This document shows positions 45,201 to 58,707 of a DNA stretch of 64,000 bases, piece after piece. Numbering within the stretch: position 1 is the stretch's first letter; the number at the start of each line of letters is the position of its first letter. The notes under the pieces were generated by a model. It worked only from the letters and a program-made list of their open reading frames with translations. It was not told the DNA's origin and did no database searches. Both the position numbers and the translations under genes were made by a program. Source of the stretch: Nemertoderma westbladi (lineage: Eukaryota > Animalia > Xenacoelomorpha); assembly GCA_032718475.1 (NCBI GenBank), contig JAUCBJ010000943.1, positions 15,475-79,474 on the forward strand, given 5' to 3'.

Positions 45201-48200
45201 ATGTAGTACTACTGGACCAGTATATTAGTAATAGCTTACAGACAGCTATAGCAAATACCCACCCACCACCCTTAACATGATTACTTTAATTTCAAATAAA
45301 CCATGGGTGATTGTTTAATGATGGTTCACCCAGCCATTTCATGTCTGGGTGAACCAAATGACTTTTGTATACAACCTGACTTCCATATATCCTTATGTTT
45401 TATCACGAATACTATGATCAAATATCTTTGACCTTTTGACCCTTAACATTTAAACTTTTTGCATTTTTTATTTCATCTACCCCCACTAAGTCGACCATTG
45501 TGAACATTTTTGCTGTGTTACGTTTTTTGATAGCTGTACTCCTTATAGGTCAAAAGGTCACCGAAACGCTAAATTCTAGAACATTGACCTATAGAGGTCA
45601 AGCACTGGGTCGCAGCCCAAAACTAACGGCACTCTTCAGTAGCAACTCATACACTGCCTACAAAACGGCGTTGGTCCCATGTCCGTAGCTAGAGCCGTTC
45701 TCGAGATATTGGGGTGGAGCAATAATTAATTATTAATTAATACATAACTAATTAACGCTTATACTTTTTGCATTTTTTATTTTACCTACCCCCACTAAGT
45801 CGACCATTGCGAACATTTTTGCTGTGTTACGTTTTTCGATAGCTGCACTCCTTATAGGTTAAAATGCCTCCGAATCCGAAAATTCTAGAACATTGACCCC
45901 TGGAGGTCAAGGACAGGGTCGCAGCCCAAAACTAACGACACTCTTCAGTAGCAACTCGTATACTGTCTACAAAATGGCGTCGGTCCCATCTTCGTAGCTG
46001 CAGCCATTCTCGAGATATCGGGGCGGGCCATATATTAATTAGTAATTAACGAATATCTCATTAAGGGTTGGTCGTACGGACTTGCCGCAGAAGACTTTTA
46101 TACTCGAAATTCCATTCTCTACAACTTTGCCAGAGAAAATTTTTTCGTAGCTGCCGCCGTTTTCGAGATACAGCGCTAATTAGATTTCGTTAATTAATAA
46201 CTCATTAACGGTAATATATATGGGTTCGCCGTGACAGGGTTTTTTGTAGAGCTCGTCTAGACCAACAATTTCGCCAGTCATTGTTTATATAAAAAGTCTT
46301 TTAGTTTTCGAGATATATCGATTAAAAGTTTTCAATCGTTAATTACTAATTAATTAATTAACAAATTTTTTTGCAAAAAACTCCCAGATCTTAGATATTG
46401 GTCCTCTACACGATGCAAAAAACAGAATGACCGTAGCTATTTCCCTTCTATGAGATGTGCCTACTTGTCACCCCACTGCATAAGCCTGTAAATATTGAGC
46501 AGGATAGGTTGGTGTTATATGTTTTGTGCTCTCTGTGTTTCGTTCTCTGTGGCGTTTTCTATGGTCTATGAGGTTCTCTGTCGAGCCCTATGGGCTCTAT
46601 CCCCGCCTGATCCCATCTAGAGTAGAGCGCAAATGAGGACATTTGCGCATGCAAGCATCACTGCGTGGGGCAATTTAATTAATAGTACTTGTGGTTTTAT
46701 TGTGTTGTACCAACCCAAACATTGTAAATATGAAGAGATGTTATTATCTATACCCATGCATTTGGAATCATACACAGGTGATGCCTTCAATTATACAATT
46801 CAAAATATTGAAGAAATCTAAGTCGATTTGTAAGGCAGGTTCAAGCATATACATTTATTGTATTGGTTAACTCCATTATACAAATGTAACGATTAATACC
46901 TCAGAAAACTTTTAACTACATGTAGTACTACTGGACCAGTATATTAGTAATAGCTTACAGACAGCTATAGCAAATACCCACCCACCACCCTTAACATGAT
47001 TACTTTAATTTCAAATAAACCATGGGTGATTGTTTAATGATGGTTCACCCAGCCATTTCATGTCTGGGTGAACCAAATGACTTTTGTATACAACCTGACT
47101 TCCATATATCCTTATGTTTTATCACGAATACTATGATCAAATATCTTTGACCTTTTGACCCTTAACATTTAAACTTTTTGCATTTTTTATTTCATCTACC
47201 CCCACTAAGTCGACCATTGTGAACATTTTTGCTGTGTTACGTTTTTTGATAGCTGTACTCCTTATAGGTCAAAAGGTCACCGAAACGCTAAATTCTAGAA
47301 CATTGACCTATAGAGGTCAAGCACTGGGTCGCAGCCCAAAACTAACGGCACTCTTCAGTAGCAACTCATACACTGCCTACAAAACGGCGTTGGTCCCATG
47401 TCCGTAGCTAGAGCCGTTCTCGAGATATTGGGGTGGAGCAATAATTAATTATTAATTAATACATAACTAATTAACGCTTATACTTTTTGCATTTTTTATT
47501 TTACCTACCCCCACTAAGTCGACCATTGCGAACATTTTTGCTGTGTTACGTTTTTCGATAGCTGCACTCCTTATAGGTTAAAATGCCTCCGAATCCGAAA
47601 ATTCTAGAACATTGACCCCTGGAGGTCAAGGACAGGGTCGCAGCCCAAAACTAACGACACTCTTCAGTAGCAACTCGTATACTGTCTACAAAATGGCGTC
47701 GGTCCCATCTTCGTAGCTGCAGCCATTCTCGAGATATCGGGGCGGGCCATATATTAATTAGTAATTAACGAATATCTCATTAAGGGTTGGTCGTACGGAC
47801 TTGCCGCAGAAGACTTTTATACTCGAAATTCCATTCTCTACAACTTTGCCAGAGAAAATTTTTTCGTAGCTGCCGCCGTTTTCGAGATACAGCGCTAATT
47901 AGATTTCGTTAATTAATAACTCATTAACGGTAATATATATGGGTTCGCCGTGACAGGGTTTTTTGTAGAGCTCGTCTAGACCAACAATTTCGCCAGTCAT
48001 TGTTTATATAAAAAGTCTTTTAGTTTTCGAGATATATCGATTAAAAGTTTTCAATCGTTAATTACTAATTAATTAATTAACAAATTTTTTTGCAAAAAAC
48101 TCCCAGATCTTAGATATTGGTCCTCTACACGATGCAAAAAACAGAATGACCGTAGCTATTTCCCTTCTATGAGATGTGCCTACTTGTCACCCCACTGCAT

Positions 48201-48335
48201 AAGCCTGTAAATATTGAGCAGGATAGGTTGGTGTTATATGTTTTGTGCTCTCTGTGTTTCGTTCTCTGTGGCGTTTTCTATGGTCTATGAGGTTCTCTGT
48301 CGAGCCCTATGGGCTCTATCCCCGCCTGATCCCAT
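42253..48335 (-). mobile_element. Tandem array A of a non-coding Helitron-like element (one partial + three 1719-bp units)
   Basis: Junctions cccat|ctagagtagagcgcaaatgaggacatttgcgc at 43179, 44898 and 46617. On the minus strand each unit ends hairpin-TCTACT-CTAG. Internal ~300-bp subrepeats. No TIR or TSD. Confidence 0.7.
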
Positions 48336-51300
48336 CAAGTGGCAGTATTAACGTTTAGAGCGATATATGGGGCGCCATTCATACATAACGGATCTCATAA
48401 AACCCTGCATGAATAACCTTAAGGGCTAAAATACAAGGACAAAATCAACAAACTGTATCTAGAGTAGAGCGCAAATGAGGACATTTGCGCATGCAAGCAT
48501 CACTGCGTGGGGCAATTTAATTAATAGTACTTTTGGTTTTATTGTGTAGTACCAACACAAAAATTGTAAATATGAAGATATGTTATTATCTATACCCATG
48601 CATTTGGAATCATACACCGGCGATGCCTTCAATTATTCAATTCAAAACATTGAAGAAATCTAAGTCGATTTGTAAGGCAGGTTCAAGCATATACATTTAT
48701 TGTATTGGTTAACTCCATTATACAAATGTAACGATTAATACCTCAGAAAACCTCTAACTACATGTAGTACTACTGGACCAGTATATTAGTAATAGCTTCA
48801 GTATATTAGTAATAGCTTACAGATAGCTATAGCAACACCCACCCACCACCCTTAACATGATTACTTTAATTTCAAATAGACCATGGGTGATTGTTTAATG
48901 ATGGTTCACCCAGCCATTTCATGTCTGGGTGAACCAAATCACTTTTGTATACAACCTGACTTCCAAATATCCTTATGTTTTATCACGAAAACTATGATCA
49001 AATATCTTTGACCTTTTGACCCTTAACATTTAAACTTTTTGCATTTTTTATTTTACCTACCCCCACTAAGTCGACCATTGCGAACATTTTTGCTGCGTTA
49101 AGTTTTTTGATAGCTGTACTCCTTATAGGTCAAAAGGTCACCGAAACGCTAAATTCTAGAACATTGACCTCTAGAGGTCAAGCACAGGGTCGCAGCCGAA
49201 AACTAACGGCACTCTTCAGTAGCAACTCATACACTGCCTACAAAACGGCGTTGGTCCCATGTCCGTAGCTAGAGCCGTTCTCGAGATATTGGGGTGGGGC
49301 AATAATTAATTATTAATTAATACATAACTAATTAACGCTTACACTTTTTACATTTTTTATTTTACCTACCCCCACTAAGTCGACCATTGCGAACATTTTT
49401 GCTGTGTTACGTTTTTCGATAGCTGCACTCCTTATAGGTTAAAATGCCTCCGAAACCGAAAATTCTAGAACATTGACCCCTGGAGGTCAAGGACAGGGTC
49501 GCAGCCCAAAACTAACGACACTCTTCAGTAGGAACTCGTATACTGTCTACAAAATGGCGTCGGTCCCATCTTCGTAGCTGCAGCCATTCTCGAGATATCG
49601 GGGCGGGCCATATATTAATTAGTAATTAACGAATATCTCATTAAGGGTTGGTCGTACGGACTTGCCGCAGAAGACTTTTATACTCGAAATTCCATTCTCT
49701 ACAACTTTGCCAGAGAACATTTTTTCGTAGCTGCCGCCGTTTTCGAGATACAGCGCTAATTAGATTTCGCTAATTAATAACTCATTAACGGTAATAGATA
49801 TGGGTTCGCCGTGACAGGGTTTTTTGTAGAGCTCGTCGAGACCAACAATTTCGCCAGTCATTGTTTATATAAAAAGTCTTTTAGTTTTCGAGATATATCG
49901 ATTAAAAGTTTTCAATCGTTAATTACTAATTAATTAATTAACAAAATTTTTTGCAAAAAACTCCCAGATCTTAGATATTGGTCCTCTACACGATGCAAAA
50001 AACAGAATGACCGTAGCTATTTCCCTTCTATGAGATGTGCCTACTTCCCACCCCCCTGCATAAGCCTGTAAATATGGAGTCGGATAGGTTGGTGTTATAT
50101 GTTTTATGCTCTCTGTATTTCGTTCTCTGTGGCGTTTTCTATGGTCTATGAGGTTCTCTGTCGAGCCCTATGGGCTCTATCCACGCCTGATCCCATCTAG
50201 AGTAGAGCGCAAATGAGGACATTTGCGCATGCAAGCATCACTGCGTGGGGCAATTTAATTAATAGTACTTTTGGTTTTATTGTGTTGTACCAACACAAAA
50301 ATTGTAAATATGAAGATATGTTATTATCTATACCCATGCATTTGGAATCATACACAGGCGATGCCTTCAATTATTCAATTCAAAACATTGAAGAAATCTA
50401 AGTCGATTTGTAAGGCAGGTTCAAGCATATACATTTATTGTATTGGTTAACTCCATTATACAAATGTAACGATTAATACCTCAGAAAACTTCTAACTACA
50501 TGTAGTACTAGTGGACCAGTATATTAGTATTAGCTTCAGTATATTAGTAATAGCTTACAGACAGCTATAGCAACACCCACCCACCACCCTTAACATGATT
50601 ACTTTAATTTCAAATAGACCATGGGTGATTGTTTAATGATGGTTCCCCCAGCCATTTCATGTCTGGGTGAACCAAATGACTCTTGTATACAACCTGACTT
50701 CTAAATATCCTTATGTTTTATCACGAATACTATCATCAAAGATCTTTGACCTTTTGACCCTTAACATTTAAACTTTTTGCATTTTTTATTTCATCTACCC
50801 CCACTAAGTCAACCATTGCGAACATTTTTGCTGCGTTACGTTTTTTGATAGCTGTACTCCTTATTGGTCAAAAGGTCACCGAAACGCTAAATTCTAGAAC
50901 ATTGACCTCTAGAGGTCAAGCACAGGGTCGCAGCCCAAAACTAACGGCACTCTTCAGTAGCAACTCATACACTGCCTACAAAACGGCGTTGGTCCCATGT
51001 CCTTAGCTAGAGCCGTTCTCGAGATATTGGGGTGGGGCAATAATTAATTATTAATTAATACATAACTAATTAACGCTTACACTTTTTGCATTTTTTATTT
51101 TACCTACCCCCACTAAGTCGACCATTGCGAACATTTTTGCTGTGTAACGTTTTTCGATAGCTGCACTCCTTATAGGTTAAAATGCCTCCAAAACCGAAAA
51201 TTCTAGATCATTGACCCCTGGAGGTCAAGGACAGCGTCGCAGCCCAAAACTAACGACACTCTTCAGTAGGAACTCGTATACTGTCTACAAAATGGTGTCG

Positions 51301-54300
51301 GTCCCATCTTCGTAGCTGCAGCCATTCTCGAGATATCGGGGCGGTCCATATATTAATTAGTAATTAACGAATATCTCATTAAGGGTTGGTCGTACAGACT
51401 TGCCGGAGAAGACTTTTATACTCGAAATTCGATTCTCTACAACTTTGCCAGAGAAAATTTTTTCGTAGCTGCCGCCGTTTTCGAGATACAGCGCTAATGA
51501 GATTTCGCTAATTAATAACTCATTAACGGTAATAGATATGGGTTCGCCGTGACAGGGTTTTTTGTAGAGCTCGTCGAGACCAACAATATCGCCAGTCATT
51601 GTTTATATAAAATCCTTTTAGTTTTCGAGATATATTGATTAAAAGTTTTCAATCGTTAATTACTAATTAATTAATTAACAAATTTTTTTGCAAAAAACTC
51701 CTAGATCTTAGATATTGGTCCTCTACACGATGCAAAAATCAGAATGACCGTAGCTATTTCCCTTCTATGAGATGTGCCTACTTGTCACCCCACTGCATAA
51801 GCCTGTAAATATTGAGCAGGATAGGTTGGTGTTATATGTTTTGTGCTCTCTGTTTTTCGTTCTCTGTGGCGTTTTCTATGTTCTATGAGGTTCTCTGTCG
51901 AGCCCTATGGGCTCTATCCACGCCTGATCCCATCTAGAGTAGAGCGCAAATGAGGACATTTGCGCATGCAAGCATCACTGCGTGGGGCAATTTAATTAAT
52001 AGTACTTGTGGTTTTGGTTTTATTGTGTTGTATCAACACAAACATTGTAAATATGAAGATATGTTATTATCTATACCTATGCATTTGGAATCATACACAG
52101 GCGATGCCTTCAATTATTCAATTCAAAACATTGATGAAATCTAAGTCGATTTGTAAAGCGGGTTCAAGCATATACATTTATTGTATTGGTTAACTCCATT
52201 ATACAAATGTAACGATTAATACCTCAGAAAACTTCTAACTACATGTAGTACTACTGGACCAGTATATTAGTAATAGCTTCAGTATATTAGTAATAGCTTA
52301 CAGACAGCTATAGCAACACCCACCCACCACCCTTAACCTGATTACTTTAATTTCAAATAGACCATGGGTGATTGTTTAATGATGGTTCACCCAGCCATTT
52401 CATGTCTGGGTGAACCAAATGACTTTTGTATACAACCTGACTTCCAAATATCCTGATGATTTATCATGAATACTATGATCAAATATCTTTGACCTTTTGA
52501 CCCTTAACATTTAAACATTTTGCATTTTTTATTTCATCTACCCCCACTAAGTCGACCATTGCGAATATTTTTGCTGTGTTACGTTTTTTGATAGCTGTAC
52601 TCCTTATAGGTCAAAAGGTCACCAAAACGCTAAATTCTAGAACATTGACCTCTAGAGGTCAAGCACAGGGTCGCAGCCCAAAACGAACGGCACTCTTCAG
52701 TAGCAACTCATACACTGCCTACAAAACGGCGTTGGTCCCATGTCCGTAGCTAGAGCCGTTCTCGAGATATTGGGGTGGGGCAATAATTAATTATTAATTA
52801 ATACATAACTAATTAACACTTACACTTTTTGCATTTTTTATTTTACCTACCCCCACTAAGTCGACCATTGCGAACATTTTTGCTGTGTTACGTTTTTCGA
52901 TAGCTGCACTCCTTATAGGTTAAAATGCCTCCGAAACCGAAAATTCTAGAACATTGACCCCTAGAGGTCAAGGACTGGGTCGCAGCCAAACACTAACGAC
53001 ACTCTTCAGTAGCAACTCGTATACTGTCTACAAAATAGCGTCGGTCCCATCTTCGTAGCTGTAGCCATTCTCGAGATATCGGGGTGGGCCATATATTAAT
53101 TAGTAATTAACGAATATCTCATTAAGGGTTGGTCGTACGGACTTGCCGCAGAAGACTTTTATACTCGAAATTCCATTCTCTACAACTTTGCCAGAGAAAA
53201 TTTTGTCGTAGCTGGCGCCGTTTTCGAGATATAGCGCTAATGAGATTTCGCTAATTAATAACTCATTAAAGGTAATAGATATGGGTTCGCCGTGACAGGG
53301 TTTTTTGTAGAGCTCGTCGAGACCAACAATATCGCCAGTCATTGTTTATATAAAAAGTATTTTAGTTTTCGAGATATATCGATTAAAAGTTTTCAATCGT
53401 TAATTACTAATTAATTAATTAACAAAATTTTTTGAAAAAAACTCCCAGATCTTAGATATTGGTCCTCTACACGATGCAAAAAACAGAACGACCGCACCTA
53501 TTGTAGTTCTCCATAAGAGCCTACTTGTCAACCCCCCTCCTAAGCCTGTAAATAATAATCTGGATAGGTTGGTGTTATATGTTTTGTGCTCTCTGTGTTT
53601 CCTTCTCTGTGGCGTTTTCTATGGTCTATGAAGTTCTCTGTCGAGCCCTATGGGCTCTATCCCCGCCTGATCCCATCTAGAGTAGAGCGCAAATGAGGAC
53701 ATTTGCGCATGCAAGCATCACTGCGTGGGGCAATTTAATTAATAGTACTTTTGGTTTTATTGTGTTGTACCAACACAAAAATTGTAAATATGAAGATATG
53801 TTATTATCTATACCCATGCATTTGGAATCATACACAGGCGATGCCTTCAATTATTCAATTCAAAACATTGAAGAAATCTAAGTCGATTTGTAAGGCAGGT
53901 TCAAGCATATACATTTATTGTATTGGTTAACTCCATTATACAAATGTAACGATTAATACCTCAGAAAACTTCTAACTACATGTAGTACTAGTGGACCAGT
54001 ATATTAGTATTAGCTTCAGTATATTAGTAATAGCTTACAGACAGCTATAGCAACACCCACCCACCACCCTTAACATGATTACTTTAATTTCAAATAGACC
54101 ATGGGTGATTGTTTAATGATGGTTCCCCCAGCCATTTCATGTCTGGGTGAACCAAATGACTCTTGTATACAACCTGACTTCTAAATATCCTTATGTTTTA
54201 TCACGAATACTATCATCAAAGATCTTTGACCTTTTGACCCTTAACATTTAAACTTTTTGCATTTTTTATTTCATCTACCCCCACTAAGTCAACCATTGCG

Positions 54301-55751
54301 AACATTTTTGCTGCGTTACGTTTTTTGATAGCTGTACTCCTTATTGGTCAAAAGGTCACCGAAACGCTAAATTCTAGAACATTGACCTCTAGAGGTCAAG
54401 CACAGGGTCGCAGCCCAAAACTAACGGCACTCTTCAGTAGCAACTCATACACTGCCTACAAAACGGCGTTGGTCCCATGTCCTTAGCTAGAGCCGTTCTC
54501 GAGATATTGGGGTGGGGCAATAATTAATTATTAATTAATACATAACTAATTAACGCTTACACTTTTTGCATTTTTTATTTTACCTACCCCCACTAAGTCG
54601 ACCATTGCGAACATTTTTGCTGTGTAACGTTTTTCGATAGCTGCACTCCTTATAGGTTAAAATGCCTCCAAAACCGAAAATTCTAGATCATTGACCCCTG
54701 GAGGTCAAGGACAGCGTCGCAGCCCAAAACTAACGACACTCTTCAGTAGGAACTCGTATACTGTCTACAAAATGGTGTCGGTCCCATCTTCGTAGCTGCA
54801 GCCATTCTCGAGATATCGGGGCGGTCCATATATTAATTAGTAATTAACGAATATCTCATTAAGGGTTGGTTGTACAGACTTGCCCGAGAAGACTTTTATA
54901 CTCGAAATTCGATTCTCTACAACTTTGCCAGAGAAAATTTTTTCGTAGCTGCCGCCGTTTTCGAGATACAGCGCTAATGAGATTTCGCTAATTAATAACT
55001 CATTAACGGTAATAGATATGGGTTCGCCGTGACAGGGTTTTTTGTAGAGCTCGTCGAGACCAACAATATCGCCAGTCATTGTTTATATAAAATCCTTTTA
55101 GTTTTCGAGATATATTGATTAAAAGTTTTCAATCGTTAATTACTAATTAATTAATTAACAAATTTTTTTGCAAAAAACTCCTAGATCTTAGATATTGGTC
55201 CTCTACACGATGCAAAAATCAGAATGACCGTAGCTATTTCCCTTCTATGAGATGTGCCTACTTGTCACCCCACTGCATAAGCCTGTAAATATTGAGCAGG
55301 ATAGGTTGGTGTTATATGTTTTGTGCTCTCTGTTTTTCGTTCTCTGTGGCGTTTTCTATGTTCTATGAGGTTCTCTGTCGAGCCCTATGGGCTCTATCCA
55401 CGCCTGATCCCATCTAGAGTAGAGCGCAAATGAGGACATTTGCGCATGCAAGCATCACTGCGTGGGGCAATTTAATTAATAGTACTTTTGGTTTTATTGT
55501 GTTGTACCAACACAAAAATTGTAAATATGAAGATATGTTATTATCTATACCCATGCATTTGGAATCATACACAGGCGATGCCTTCAATTATTCAATTCAA
55601 AACATTGAAGAAATCTAAGTCGATTTGTAAGGCAGGTTCAAGCATATACATTTATTGTATTGGTTAACTCCATTATACAAATCTAACGATTAATACCTCA
55701 GAAAACTTCTAACTACATGTAGTACTAGTGGACCAGTATATTAGTAATAGC

Positions 55752-58707
55752 CCCGGGTTGAGATTCTTAGTATATTTCCTAAGTTCTAAACAAGTCTGCT
55801 TAGAAAGGCTTAGAACGCTTAGCAACGCTGGTGCAAAGGGTGAGTAAAGTACTTAACAAATTTTCCAATTTCATAAAAAGGACATTGCAAGTTTATAATG
55901 TTTAGCAAGTTGTTGCTATGTGACTGACAAGTATTACAGGATATATAAACGTGCTTTATATGTAACCGATGATATATGCAAGCACTTTGCAAGTGTAATG
56001 AACTAATAACATGCGCATTACAAATCTAGCATATATCTGTAACCTATATATTCCCGGCACTAGTTCGAACCTGCGTCGCAAATTTTTTTAAGTAATAATT
56101 ATTTTTGAAAAATAAATGTTGTGGGAAGAGTGGCGGTTAGCTTTCGAATGAAAGTAAATGATGACCCCCCCCCCCCCCCTCAGAGACAAGAGAAACAACA
56201 CACGGAACATCATAGTGAGTGATGTACTGTATGCTATGCACTTGTGTTTGGTTTGATACTCTTTGTTGCAACCCCCCCCCCTCCCCCATGACATATGTAA
56301 ACAAATTAATACAGAGACTCAATGTTTTTAATATAAACAACATATAAACAAACATATTATTACTGTACGTTACATAGATATATACACATCAGATATAAAC
56401 GCGCAAATACTGTAGGTCTACATTAAAACACAGTTACGTCGGAAAAATTTATCCAAAAAGTTCAAAAATGGTATTCCTCATTTCTGTTTATGCAATAAAA
56501 CTATTTAATTCAAATTTGTAATCTTATCAAGCGCTACAGTAGATTACGATTTGAGCACGAAATAAAATAGAAAATTTATCACCCGTCATATAAAGTTACC
56601 AATAACATCATCATATTATATTATAACTATATGGATTGCAGCAATTGTATTTTGAACATTAGGGTTAACTTTTCCCAACGAAAATAGTGGTTCAATGAAT
56701 AAATTAAAATTAGAAATACATACACAGAAACATTAAAAATGATTTTAGACATGTTCAAAATCATTAATACAAGGAATTCCAAATAATGAAGTGCTACGGC
56801 TACCATTCATAGTACTGGTATTGTAACACGATATAGATATAAGGTTATTATTGAGATTAGATGCAGGATAACTAGCGGTTCATTGTGGTGGTCCAGTTGA
56901 ATATTAGGGCATTTTTTTTACAATTTCGTTACCGGTACTACCCGGTGTCTGTGAGAAAAGACGGTTTCCTTGGGAAAATGTCTGGAAAAACAGAATAAAA
57001 AATCAGGGAAAATATTTTTAAAGTAGGCCTACTTTTTTATCTTCATTTTGTTATTTTTTATTGGGAGCTGCCGCTCCCATACCCCAGACCCCCGTTTAGT
57101 ACAATGAAACGGCTTTAACAATAATATAATATAAAGCAAAATTACAATTAATATTATACTCTGAGAGTTTTACAAGAACCTACAGTAACTATAATGCCAA
57201 ATAGATAACACAGATACAAATAAGAGAAAGCACAACACATTACATAGTTTACAGATTCAGTTTACAGCGTCAGACGAGTGGAGTGATCGGCAATCCAGCT
57301 CCATCCTCCGTACCCAGACCACTGTGCCACTTTAGCCTCGACTCCCTGATGCAATGAGAAGCCCCTCGAACTATGGCGAACTGCACACGGCGGCGAACCC
57401 ACTCCATGACGGTGCTATAAGGTCTGTCCCAGTTGTGGTGTAACCTATCAGCGAAGATACTCGGGAGCTTGTTGGCATGCGGTGCCAGAACTCCATTCTA
57501 CGGAGAGACAAGAGACTACGAAGGGTGCAAAGTTCGCTCTCCTCTGTCTCGCTGGTTCCACATATAGTGCGGTTTTAGCGTCCTCCACAGATTCTAGGAC
57601 CCTCATCGGGGGGCGTCCGCATATGGCTCGGCGTCAATGTTTACGACCCTGATATCTAACAACGCCTGAGTCTGCCGGTTGAATGCCCCCGAACTCATAC
57701 ATCACACCAAGTCCTGCCTCTCCACTTAATCCAGGCTGGTCTCTGACTATGGGTTCCGACTGTCACGTTTCGTGGTCCAAATGCTAGAGAGGCCAGATCC
57801 CCAACAACATCACGGAGTTCAATATATGTCTTTGGATTATGAGGCCTTTTTTAAATTCCAATTCTTCCAAAGTCAATTGTTATTAATCAAATTTCACTAA
57901 CATTCAAATAATTTGAATTTTAATTGTATCAATTAGGCATTAATTCAAATAAATTGTCAATTAGCAACAATCGGACAATTAGGCAAACCATAAATATTTC
58001 ATTAACGATATAGACAGTACAAACAAAACAAATAAACAATAAACAAAACAAGTATACAACAGGCACTAAACAATTAAAGATTACAAAACTCTATAAAGAA
58101 TAACAAAATTAAAGAGTACAAAATACAATAAACAATTGAATTGAAGTAAACAAACAGCAATAAAACTACCAGTATAAATTAAAGTAACAAAACGCTATAC
58201 ACTATTTATTTAAGTAAGCAAAACTCATTAAACAATTAAACGTAAATAAAGAAAACTAAATAAACGCAACTCTGCAGTAGGCCTACTGACCACAAAATGA
58301 CTGAATGAGTCATTTATTGGCGGTGGATCATGTGACTGATTTTTAATTGCAATGCGTGTCAAGCACCACTAAAGTTCTTATGAAATGTTTGTCAAGTTAT
58401 AAAGTCACCGAAAGTATGTTCTAGGTATACAAAATTTGTTAAAAATTTGCTAAGTGCATTGCATGATTATAAAGTCATCGAAATTATATTCTAGGTATAC
58501 AAAATTTGTTAAGAATTTGGTAAGTGCATTGCATGATAAGTGCCCACCCAAATATTTCTTAAAATCTATACTGTACTTGGCAAGTATTTTTTAATTCCTT
58601 AACAAATAATGCAAAATGTGGTAATTGTAAAAATTTAGTAAAATTATCATGCCAGTACCTTGCCATTAGGTAGTACTTTACTAATATGATACGATTCTCA
58701 ACCCGGG
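55752..58707. mobile_element. Non-autonomous CCC-ended (EnSpm/CMC-like) DNA transposon nested in a repeat unit
   Basis: TIR cccgggttgaga(t/a)tc. 2-bp TSD GC (55750-51, 58708-09). Removing the element restores the unit sequence agtaatagc|ttcagtat. Confidence 0.9.
57270..57853 (-). pseudogene. CRE-clade non-LTR fragment (restriction-like endonuclease region), frameshifted
   Basis: KKGLIIQRHIELRDV...GAFNRQTQALLDIRVVNIDA...NFAPF...PYSTVMEWVRRRVQFAIVRGASHCIR. Confidence 0.8.

Noticed and set aside
56052-56080. B-box-like GTTCGAAC (also near 61110 and 61235)
   Set aside because: No A-box or cloverleaf, so not callable as tRNA or SINE.
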